IMG/VR virus record: IMGVR_UViG_3300008111_000003 | Direction: 5' to 3' (one strand) | Origin: a virus | Length of the DNA stretch: 64,000 nt | Shown here: positions 39,458 to 47,882 of the stretch, piece by piece | Position numbering within the stretch: the stretch's first letter is position 1 | Layout: each line of letters opens with the position of its first letter | Made by a program: the position numbers and the translations under genes | Notes under the pieces: model-generated | Databases searched by the model: none | Told to the model about the DNA's origin: nothing | Seen by the model: the letters and a program-made list of their open reading frames with translations, nothing else

Positions 39458-40843
39458 ATGTTTTCACTTTTGGATGGACTATCCAAACCAGAGCAAATAG
39501 CAGAAAGATGCAAAGAGATCGGAGCATCTGCTTGTGCGTTAACAGATCATGGTAACATAGCAGGAACCATCAAGTTTTATACTGCTATGAAAAAAGCTGG
39601 ACTAAAGCCTATACTTGGATGTGAACTTTACATTTGTAGTCAAAACCCAAAAATCAAAGAAAAAGATAACAAAAAACTAAGTCATTTTCTGGTATTGGCT
39701 AAGAATTATTCAGGATGGAGAAATCTTATCAAGATAGTTTCATCATCCAATAATCCAGAATATTATTATCATAAGCCGAGATTGGATTTACCAACACTAA
39801 AAGATCTTCATTCAGGGGATTTGATCGGAATAACTGGTCATCTTGGATCAACACTAGCAGATCAAATACTAGACGGGGATGCTCTTAGAGATGATTGGCA
39901 AAATATAGGAGTACAACATATATCTTATCTTAAGACTATATTTGGTGATCATTTGTTTTTGGAAGCTCAATTAATAGATAAAGATAATCTGCCAATCCAA
40001 GAAATCCTCACAAACTGCATCAGAAAATTGGGACAATTAACCAATACTAAAGTTATATGTACTCCTGATGCTCATTATTGTCGCAAAGAGGATGCTGTTG
40101 ATCAGCGAGTATTATTGTGCAACAATCTTAAGATTACATTCTCTGATATTAGTCGTAAAATCATAAACGATCAAGATATTCCTATGGGGTGCTTTTTTAC
40201 ATCAGATAATTATCATATTCCATCTCAGGAGGAAATGAAGAACATACACACAGAAGAAGAAATCAATAATACAAATTTTGTGTGTGATTTAGTGGAAGAA
40301 TATAACATACTAAGTAAACCTAAATTACCATTATTTAAATGTCCACCAAATTTCTCTCAGGATGAATATTTAAGAGAACTGTGTAGAAACGGATGGAGAG
40401 ATAAAATAGCAAATGTTGTACCTAAAGAAGATCAACAACCATACTTGGATCGTATCAAATACGAACTAGAGGTTTTACAGGGTGCTGGGCTGAGTAGTTA
40501 TTTTTTAATAGTACAAGATATTGTGAACTATGTTAAAAGAGAAGGATGGCTTCCGGGACCGGGACGAGGTTGTTTTATACCAGAAACAAGAGTTAAAATG
40601 GCTTCTGGTGAATTGATGCCTATCTATAATATAGAAATAGGAGATCAAGTAATAGATGCTTTTGGAAATAAACAAAGAGTCTATGATATAATGAGATATG
40701 AAATAGATGAAGAAATACTGGAAATAGAATTAGAAAATGGTAAAATCATAAGATGTACAAAAGATCATAGATTTTTAACACTAAATAGGGGTTGGGTTGA
40801 AGCCCAGTATCTATCAGAAAATGATGATTTGGCCAAAATATAA
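39458..40843 (+). CDS. dnaE: DNA polymerase III alpha, PHP/N-terminal fragment fused to the N-half of a split intein
   Basis: SLLDG, ALTDHG, GCE, DAHY, R..YEL, YFLIV.D, GPGRG, then intein CFIPET. Confidence 0.93.
   Translation: MFSLLDGLSKPEQIAERCKEIGASACALTDHGNIAGTIKFYTAMKKAGLKPILGCELYICSQNPKIKEKDNKKLSHFLVLAKNYSGWRNLIKIVSSSNNPEYYYHKPRLDLPTLKDLHSGDLIGITGHLGSTLADQILDGDALRDDWQNIGVQHISYLKTIFGDHLFLEAQLIDKDNLPIQEILTNCIRKLGQLTNTKVICTPDAHYCRKEDAVDQRVLLCNNLKITFSDISRKIINDQDIPMGCFFTSDNYHIPSQEEMKNIHTEEEINNTNFVCDLVEEYNILSKPKLPLFKCPPNFSQDEYLRELCRNGWRDKIANVVPKEDQQPYLDRIKYELEVLQGAGLSSYFLIVQDIVNYVKREGWLPGPGRGCFIPETRVKMASGELMPIYNIEIGDQVIDAFGNKQRVYDIMRYEIDEEILEIELENGKIIRCTKDHRFLTLNRGWVEAQYLSENDDLAKI
40571..40840 (+). 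mobile_element. Split intein N-fragment (90 aa)
   Basis: Block A CFIPETRV, block B CTKDHRFLT, GW.EA..L...D; ends at a stop codon. Confidence 0.9.
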
Positions 40844-40845
40844 TA

Positions 40846-40863
40846 AGAACCTCTTCCTGGACC
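40846..40863 (-). promoter_or_regulatory. Inverted copy of the intein-less insertion site (reads GPGRGS on the minus strand)
   Basis: Reverse complement is GGT CCA GGA AGA GGT TCT; ends 6 nt before the GGTGTAT motif at 40870. Confidence 0.7.
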
Positions 40864-40900
40864 ACTTTTGGTGTATCCTACTATGAAAGGACAATCTTGT

Positions 40901-41719
40901 ATGGAATATATAGCATTTAAATCTTTACAAGACAATAATTTTGAATACAGGGGATTAAGCAATAAACCTATTAAAGACATATGTATAAAATGCAATAAAA
41001 CTTTTGAATACGCTAAACTTAAGAAATTTATTAGGAGCAGAGTAAACATCCCAAAAATATATTGGTGTCAATGTCAGAAATGTTTTTTGCGATATAGAAC
41101 TATTGATAATTCAGACTGGATAGAAAAAAATAGGAAAGCACAACTTATAGCGCAAAATAAAGAAGAACAAAAGAAAAAGAACGCGGAGGCAGTATCAAAA
41201 TCTTGGACAAGAACAAGAAAAAATAAAGCTTCTGAATATCTTAAAGAAAGATGGGTTAATGATGAGGCTTTTAAAAATAAGGCTACTCTTAATTTAACCA
41301 ATAATAGAAGATATAATTTTACAAACGGAATTGCTACTGGGGGTCTTAGAGGATTATATAACGATATATACTATGATAGTGCGCTAGAACTATCTTTTAT
41401 ATTGTGGTGTGAATACAATAGTATGCCGATTAAAAGATATGATCAAGATTCTATTAAGTATGTAGATGAAAATACTATCGAAAGAGAATATTTTCCTGAT
41501 TTTATTATCAATAACACAACTATTGTCGAAATAAAAGGAAAAGGAATTTGGTATAATCGACACTTTGAACGCAATAAATTAAAAATGATAGCAGCAAAGA
41601 CCAAATTTAATGCAAAGTATTGCATATATTACGACTGGGATGAACAAACAAAATTATTTTATCGAAAGGCTAGAAAATTACATCATGAAAATAAAAAGAA
41701 AAACGTCGCTATCATATAA
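40901..41719 (+). CDS. Free-standing PD-(D/E)XK (TnsA N-terminal-like) homing endonuclease between the intein halves
   Basis: Zinc ribbon C..C...C..C; YDS.LE..F, YFPDF, IVEIKG; start 40901 (AAGGA SD) or 40883. Confidence 0.75.
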   Translation: MEYIAFKSLQDNNFEYRGLSNKPIKDICIKCNKTFEYAKLKKFIRSRVNIPKIYWCQCQKCFLRYRTIDNSDWIEKNRKAQLIAQNKEEQKKKNAEAVSKSWTRTRKNKASEYLKERWVNDEAFKNKATLNLTNNRRYNFTNGIATGGLRGLYNDIYYDSALELSFILWCEYNSMPIKRYDQDSIKYVDENTIEREYFPDFIINNTTIVEIKGKGIWYNRHFERNKLKMIAAKTKFNAKYCIYYDWDEQTKLFYRKARKLHHENKKKNVAII

Positions 41720-42518
41720 GGGTACTGTGTGCGATTTGTCTGTAACCAATACAGCATCTTATAATGTTGAAGGGATTGGAGTACACAATAGTGCGGCGGG
41801 GTGTTTGGTATCCTATCTCATCGGCATAACTAATATTGATCCTATAAAATATAGTCTGCTTTTTGAAAGATTCTATAATGAGGGTCGTAACACAGCAGAC
41901 AATATTTCCATGCCAGATATTGATGTAGATATACCTATCGAAAAGCGAGAAATGGTTATTCAATATATCAAAGACAAATATGGTTCGGACAAAGTTTCTC
42001 AAATGGTTACTTTCAATACGATCAAGGGTAGGGGCGCACTAAAAGACGTATTAAGAGTATATGGTAATATTACATTTGAAGAAATGAATAAGATAACCAA
42101 AAATATCCCCGATGAGTCTAAGATTGCCGATGATCTTCAAGAGATGAAAGAAGAAACTGGCGAAGCATCCATCGTTCGATGGGCTTTGGAAAACGATAAT
42201 GATAAGCTTAAAGAATGGTGCTTTATTGATGAAAAAGGACAACTACAAGGCCTCTTGTCAAAAAGGTTTGAACAGGCTATTAGACTAGAGGGCACCAAGT
42301 CAAATCAGTCCAAACATGCTGCTGGTATTGCTATCAGTAGTGAACCATTAAATGAATTATGTCCTATGGTTTATGATAGTAAGAATGATCAGTTAATAGC
42401 AGGAATGGAGATGCAAGACTTGGAAAGCATAGGAATTATTAAGTTTGATATTCTTGGTGTTGCTCTTCTTGATAAAGTGATGACAATCAGAGACCTTTTA
42501 AATGAAGGAGTTCAATAA
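41685..42518 (+). CDS. dnaE: Split intein C-fragment (35 aa, 41685-41789) + DnaE catalytic palm fragment
   Basis: MKIKRK...VCDLSV...SYNVEGIGVHN|SAAGCLVSYL.GIT.IDP, FERF.N..R, PDIDVD, HAAG, KFDILG. Confidence 0.93.
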   Translation: MKIKRKTSLSYKGTVCDLSVTNTASYNVEGIGVHNSAAGCLVSYLIGITNIDPIKYSLLFERFYNEGRNTADNISMPDIDVDIPIEKREMVIQYIKDKYGSDKVSQMVTFNTIKGRGALKDVLRVYGNITFEEMNKITKNIPDESKIADDLQEMKEETGEASIVRWALENDNDKLKEWCFIDEKGQLQGLLSKRFEQAIRLEGTKSNQSKHAAGIAISSEPLNELCPMVYDSKNDQLIAGMEMQDLESIGIIKFDILGVALLDKVMTIRDLLNEGVQ

Positions 42519-42703
42519 TGATGGTTAAGTTTAAAGATGTGGCTGAAAATACATTATTTAGCAAAGATGGTGTGGAATTCAAAAAAATACAACTAGTAAA
42601 AATTAGTTGTTGTAAAACAATAAATGCTATACAAGTATTAGATCCTAGAAATAGAGTGCTTTTTAATCAAGAAGATGAAGTAGAAGTGAATGATCAACTA
42701 TAA
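42518..42703 (+). CDS. Small hypothetical protein
   Basis: GGAG SD; TAATG coupling. Confidence 0.55.
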   Translation: MMVKFKDVAENTLFSKDGVEFKKIQLVKISCCKTINAIQVLDPRNRVLFNQEDEVEVNDQL

Positions 42704-43385
42704 TAAGATTTGTGTTTTTGATTTTGAGACAGACGGATCGGATCCATCAGAATGCAGTCCTGTACAGATTGCTGCTATTATGATAGATCCATTAAATTTG
42801 GACATTATACCCGGCTCAGAGTTCAATATAAACTTTAGGCCAGAAGTTTTGGAAAACAACGAAAACTACAAATACGAAACAGATATATTAGATTTTCATT
42901 CAAAGGTTAAAGGGTGTTCTCAAGACGAGGTTTTAGCCTCGTGGTATAAATATCCTAAACAGGATCATTCTTGGAAATTATTCACAGCCTATTTGGATAA
43001 ATACCATTCACGAGCAACTAAAAAAAGTCAATTTTCTGCACCTATTGCTGCTGGTTATAATATACATAGATTTGATCTACATATCATAGACAGATTAAGC
43101 AAAAAGTATGGTAATTTGAACAAAGAAAAAAGAACAGATTTATTTTATCCTAGAGACACTATAGATGCTATGCAATTAATGTTTTATTGGTTTGAGCATA
43201 GTAGTGATCTTAAAAGTTATTCGTTAGATACTGTGAGAGATTATCTGGGAATTAGCAAAGATGGTGCTCACGATGCTCTAAAAGATGTTCAGGATACAGC
43301 AGCAATAATAATTAGGTTTTTAAAGTTACATCGTAATTTGGGACAAAAGGTAAAGTTTAAGAATTCTTTTGCAAATCAGGCATGA
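42690..43385 (+). CDS. DEDDh 3'-5' exonuclease (DnaQ/epsilon-like)
   Basis: DFETDG, GYNI..FD, AHDALKDV. Confidence 0.9.
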   Translation: MINYNKICVFDFETDGSDPSECSPVQIAAIMIDPLNLDIIPGSEFNINFRPEVLENNENYKYETDILDFHSKVKGCSQDEVLASWYKYPKQDHSWKLFTAYLDKYHSRATKKSQFSAPIAAGYNIHRFDLHIIDRLSKKYGNLNKEKRTDLFYPRDTIDAMQLMFYWFEHSSDLKSYSLDTVRDYLGISKDGAHDALKDVQDTAAIIIRFLKLHRNLGQKVKFKNSFANQA

Positions 43386-44989
43386 CTAAAAAATATCAAT
43401 ATCCTTGTGGATGTTCTTTTGAGTTAAATGATAACAATGGATTAGTTTTTGATCCAGATATTAACTCTATAAATTTGGACTGTTCCAGAACATGGGGTCT
43501 AATTTCGGATGGTAATACTAAGGGTTGTTTTCAATTAGAATCTCGTCTAGGACGATCCATAGCCAAAAAACTTAAGCCAGAAAATATAGAGCAGCTTTCT
43601 GCACTAATTGCTGTGTTAAGACCCGGCTCATTAGAGGCTATTAGAGATGGTAAAAGTGTAACCAATCATTATATCGATAAAAAGAATGGTCAAGAAACAC
43701 TAGATAACTTTCATCCCGTTCTTGAGCCAATCCTAAATTCAACATACGGAGAGATGATATATCAAGAACAAGCAATGGAAATTGCTAAGATAGTTGCTGG
43801 TTTTAATTTGCGAGAAGCAGATATGTTAAGAAAAGCTATTGGTAAGAAAAAACCAGAAGAAATGGCAAAGGTTAAGTCAAAGTTTTTAGAAGGATCATCA
43901 AAACTGAATATCTTAAGCACAAATGAGGCAGAACAGGTGTTTGGTTGGATTGAAAAAAGTCAAAGATATTCTTTCAATAAGTCCCATTCTGTTAGTTATG
44001 CTATTAATGCGTACTTATCAGCATATGCCAAAGCACATTTTCCAAAAATATTTTTTGCATCATATCTCAGATTTGCCAAAGATAAAAAAGATCCTCAAGC
44101 AGAGATAAAAGAATTGGTACAAAATGCTAATGAAATGGATATTACTGTTCATACTCCTGATATTAGAAATCTTAATGAGTTCTTTATATTGAAGAACGAT
44201 AAGATATATTTTGGTTTAACAGATATTAAGGGTGTGGGCAAATCGGTATTTGATAAGCTTAGAGGAATATCTTTGAATGTTAAATTTGATTCATCTAATT
44301 GGCTTCAGTTTTTATTCTTAGTTTTGAATAGAATTAATTCTACAGCAGCCAAAGCTTTGATCCAAAGCGGGGCGCTTAGTTTTATACCAATAACCAGAAG
44401 TAAGATGTTGTATGAATATAATCTTGTTAGCACTTTAACAGCCAAAGAGATTGAGCATATTTGTAATAACTTGACCAAATTCACCACACTAAAGGAATGT
44501 TTGGGATTTGTGATGGGTTTACCTAGAGTTAATAAGAATAGACAAAATTCTATCAGAGATTCTTTGTATGCTTTAGATTTTCCACCACATTCATTGGATG
44601 ATAGTCCGGAGTGGATAGCAGACTGCGAAGATGCCTTACTTGGATGCTCTATTACTTGTTCCAAGCTGGATATGTATGATATTAGTATGACCAATATAAC
44701 ATGTAGAGAATTAAAGAATACGTCTATGAAAGATAATCTTATTCTTGGCGGAGAAATAGATAATATCAATATTGTAAAGACCAAAAGTGGTAAAAATCCC
44801 GGTCAAGAAATGGCTTTTGTTACAATGACAGATCAAACTGGTTGTGTTGACTCTATAGTATTTTTTCCTGAACAATACAAAACTTTCAAGAATTTACTAT
44901 TTTTGGGCAATATTGTTATTGTGAAAGGATCTAAGTCCAAGAACGGAGATGGTATCATAGTAGAAAAGGGTTATATAGCAAAAACTTGA
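43382..44989 (+). CDS. dnaE: DNA polymerase III alpha, C-terminal fragment (fingers, HhH, OB)
   Basis: G.FQLES, RPG, YQEQ.M, AD.LRKAIGKK, YSFNKSH, FGL..IKGVG, MAF....D..G. Confidence 0.93.
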   Translation: MTKKYQYPCGCSFELNDNNGLVFDPDINSINLDCSRTWGLISDGNTKGCFQLESRLGRSIAKKLKPENIEQLSALIAVLRPGSLEAIRDGKSVTNHYIDKKNGQETLDNFHPVLEPILNSTYGEMIYQEQAMEIAKIVAGFNLREADMLRKAIGKKKPEEMAKVKSKFLEGSSKLNILSTNEAEQVFGWIEKSQRYSFNKSHSVSYAINAYLSAYAKAHFPKIFFASYLRFAKDKKDPQAEIKELVQNANEMDITVHTPDIRNLNEFFILKNDKIYFGLTDIKGVGKSVFDKLRGISLNVKFDSSNWLQFLFLVLNRINSTAAKALIQSGALSFIPITRSKMLYEYNLVSTLTAKEIEHICNNLTKFTTLKECLGFVMGLPRVNKNRQNSIRDSLYALDFPPHSLDDSPEWIADCEDALLGCSITCSKLDMYDISMTNITCRELKNTSMKDNLILGGEIDNINIVKTKSGKNPGQEMAFVTMTDQTGCVDSIVFFPEQYKTFKNLLFLGNIVIVKGSKSKNGDGIIVEKGYIAKT

Positions 44990-45014
44990 CCTGTCGCCGT
45001 GGTCAATATACTAT
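44986..45014 (+). promoter_or_regulatory. Sigma70-type promoter for ssb, overlapping a TTGACC-N9-GGTCAA palindrome
   Basis: TTGACC-N17-TACTAT; inverted repeat 44986-45006. Confidence 0.55.
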
Positions 45015-45059
45015 ACTGTTAGTTGGCGTTGGTTCGTTTTATTTTTCAAAGGAGAATTT

Positions 45060-45422
45060 ATGAATATTGTTATGTTGCGTGGTAATCTTGCTAGGGATCC
45101 TGAGATCAGAGTTGTTGGTGATAAGCAAACTTCGGTTGCTAACTTTACAATTGCTGTATCTCGTGAGTTTGTAAAAGCAAACGGAGAGCAGGACAAGATT
45201 ACATCGTTTATTCAGTGTGAAGCATGGGATAGTGGTGCCGAGGCTATTGGATCATCTTTTAAGAAGGGTGATCTCGTGATGGTCGAAGGATCGTTACGAA
45301 ATGATAGTTGGGAGAAGGATGGTGTTAAGCATAGTACTCTTAAGGTAAGAGTTAACAACTTTGCTAAAATTACCAAAACCAAGAAAGTTGAGAAGTCCGC
45401 CGAAACAACGGTAGCTTTCTGA
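45060..45422 (+). CDS. ssb: Single-stranded DNA-binding protein
   Basis: GNLARDPEIR, FTIAV, C.AW, KGD.V.VEG.L...SW. Confidence 0.95.
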   Translation: MNIVMLRGNLARDPEIRVVGDKQTSVANFTIAVSREFVKANGEQDKITSFIQCEAWDSGAEAIGSSFKKGDLVMVEGSLRNDSWEKDGVKHSTLKVRVNNFAKITKTKKVEKSAETTVAF

Positions 45423-45437
45423 ACATTAATCTAAGAG

Positions 45438-45470
45438 AATCTCTAGCAGCTTTTGTTGCTAGAGATTTTA
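45438..45470 (+). terminator. Hairpin after ssb, putative terminator
   Basis: AATCTCTAGCAGC-TTTT-GTTGCTAGAGATT. Confidence 0.7.
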
Positions 45471-45487
45471 CTTAGGTCTATTAAATT

Positions 45488-47140
45488 ATGAATAAAAAAA
45501 GAATTTTAATTGCCAATGATGCTAGTTTTCTCGATACCGGATACGGAGTATACGGTAAAGAAATCATTTCACGCATTCATAACAGCGACAAATATGAAGT
45601 AGCAGAATTAGGATGTTATGCTGGTATAGGTGATTCAAGAATAAAAAATATTCCTTGGAAATTCTATCCAAATGCTGTTAAAACTGATGATCCTAGGTTT
45701 CAGCAGTATTCATCTAATAATCTCAATCAATTTGGATTATGGAGATTCAATAGATGCTTGGTGGATTTCAAACCACATATTGTTTTTGATGTTAGAGACT
45801 ATTGGATGTACTCTTATCAAGATACTAGTCCATATAGATCATATTTTAGTTGGGTTATAATGCCAACTACCGATTCTGATCCTCCAAAGATAGAATGGCT
45901 ATATACCTATCAAAATGCTGAATTAGTAGTACCATATACTAATTTTGCTAAAAATGTCTTACAGCGATCTTGTGGAAATAAAATAAATCTATTTCCAAAA
46001 ATAGCTAATGCTGGTATTAATCCTAATGAATTTTATCCTATAGAAAATAAATTAGCACATAAGATTAAATATCTAGGAAGAGATCTAAATATAGTAGGTG
46101 TTGTTATGCGTAATCAAAAACGCAAATTAATAGCTGAACTATTGCTAGCATTTAAAATGTTTCTGGAACAATTGAAGACTTCCAAGCAAGACGATATATA
46201 TAATAAAACATATCTTTATTTGCATACATCTTATCCTGAAGAAAATGGGTGGGATATTCCATCTTTACTATTAGAATATGGTTTATTAGATAAAGTATAC
46301 TTTACATACAAATGTAGATTTTGTAATAATGTTTCTGTAGGAAAATTTCATCCATCATTAAAAATATGTTCTAAATGCAATAATAGATCAGTATCATTAG
46401 CTGCGTCAAACAATGGTATTACAACCAGTGAACTAAATGAGATATATAATTTATTTGATATTTTCATACAGTATGCTATTTGTGAAGGATTTGGTATGCC
46501 ACAGGTAGAAGCGGCAGCATGCGGCTTACAAATAGCTTCTGTTGATTATAGTGCTATGAGTGAAATCGCAGAAAATTTAAATGGTATAAAAATACCTGTT
46601 CAAAAGATGTTTAGAGAAATGGAAATTAATGCTAATAGGGCATATCCAGATAATAATTTTACTGCTAATATGTTATATAACTTTTTTGTAAACACATCAG
46701 ATGATATTAAAGCAACTAATAGTGATCTTATTAGAGAAAAATGTTTATTAACTTATACTTGGGATAATGTTTATAGAGTTTGGGAAGAAGCATTTGATAC
46801 TATAGATATTAATAGTAAATTACCATGGTATCATAAGAATATGTCAAATATAGAAAATACATCAATTAAAGTACCAATCAATATAAGTGGAAAAGAGTTT
46901 ATAGAGTTTATTTGCTTAAAAGTTATTAATGATCCACATTTATTAAAAACAGCAAATATACAATCTCTAATAAAAGACATTACCAATACTTTAATTACTA
47001 GATCTGGTTCTATAGGAATTTTTGATAAAAAAGAAGCATTAGAAATACTAGAGGGATTTTTCAATAATAAAATTATATGTGAAAAAATGAGAACTAATCC
47101 AGAACTTATAACTAAAGAAGACTTTATCAATGCTCAATGA
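45488..47140 (+). CDS. Glycosyltransferase family 4 with zinc-ribbon insert
   Basis: TGYG, RNQ.RK, EGFGMP..EA.ACG; CRFC...CSKC. Confidence 0.85.
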   Translation: MNKKRILIANDASFLDTGYGVYGKEIISRIHNSDKYEVAELGCYAGIGDSRIKNIPWKFYPNAVKTDDPRFQQYSSNNLNQFGLWRFNRCLVDFKPHIVFDVRDYWMYSYQDTSPYRSYFSWVIMPTTDSDPPKIEWLYTYQNAELVVPYTNFAKNVLQRSCGNKINLFPKIANAGINPNEFYPIENKLAHKIKYLGRDLNIVGVVMRNQKRKLIAELLLAFKMFLEQLKTSKQDDIYNKTYLYLHTSYPEENGWDIPSLLLEYGLLDKVYFTYKCRFCNNVSVGKFHPSLKICSKCNNRSVSLAASNNGITTSELNEIYNLFDIFIQYAICEGFGMPQVEAAACGLQIASVDYSAMSEIAENLNGIKIPVQKMFREMEINANRAYPDNNFTANMLYNFFVNTSDDIKATNSDLIREKCLLTYTWDNVYRVWEEAFDTIDINSKLPWYHKNMSNIENTSIKVPINISGKEFIEFICLKVINDPHLLKTANIQSLIKDITNTLITRSGSIGIFDKKEALEILEGFFNNKIICEKMRTNPELITKEDFINAQ

Positions 47141-47882
47141 AAATATAAATAAAATCCATACTCCGTGTAAAGATTGTGTATTTGCAAAATATGAAAATAA
47201 TACCCAGATAGATTGTGAACTAGACTATATATCCAAATACAAAACTAAAAATATAGAGATACTAGAAGCCTATGATAATAGTAAAGAATTCTACATTATT
47301 AATGGGAAAAAATGTATTGGATACAGAGAAGATAAGTGGTTCGATAGGTTTGATTTGAAAGATAGTTCTATAAAGGATAAGATTGATAAATATAATGAGC
47401 TTAATAATCTTGATTATTTATTAGTAGTTGATCTTAAAAAGATAAGTATAAATCAATTAGAGGATATTCTAGAACAAGTTGATACACTGGATATCAAGCC
47501 TAAAAAATTAGTTATTATTAGATATGCTGATAATATGGGTTTTCCATATGAAATGTTAAAAAACCTACTGGATAAATATGCTAAGAATTATGTGTGGCGT
47601 ATTCAAACTATATTGGATCCATTATTAACATTTGATAATATACTAAAAAATATTGTGTCATTAAATTCTAATCGATTTATTGTATCTCTTACTAACTATA
47701 ATACAGACCTAAAGAAACTTATTGATCACACAAACAAAGTTGTCCATTATGACCTGGATCAATTCAATATTGTTTCCAATCAAAATAAAGACTGCTTAGT
47801 ATTTAGTCGTGGCATTTATGCTTTTGAAATTTTTAATGGTCAAAACCTACTGGATAATGAATCTAATTATACAATCATATGA
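47130..47882 (+). CDS. Hypothetical protein (possibly degenerate GT-A)
   Basis: Operon-style ORF. Confidence 0.5.
   Translation: MLNENINKIHTPCKDCVFAKYENNTQIDCELDYISKYKTKNIEILEAYDNSKEFYIINGKKCIGYREDKWFDRFDLKDSSIKDKIDKYNELNNLDYLLVVDLKKISINQLEDILEQVDTLDIKPKKLVIIRYADNMGFPYEMLKNLLDKYAKNYVWRIQTILDPLLTFDNILKNIVSLNSNRFIVSLTNYNTDLKKLIDHTNKVVHYDLDQFNIVSNQNKDCLVFSRGIYAFEIFNGQNLLDNESNYTII

Noticed and set aside
40844-41684. Group I intron interrupting dnaE
   Set aside because: There is no non-coding space for a ribozyme core, and the intein motifs on both sides fully explain the join.
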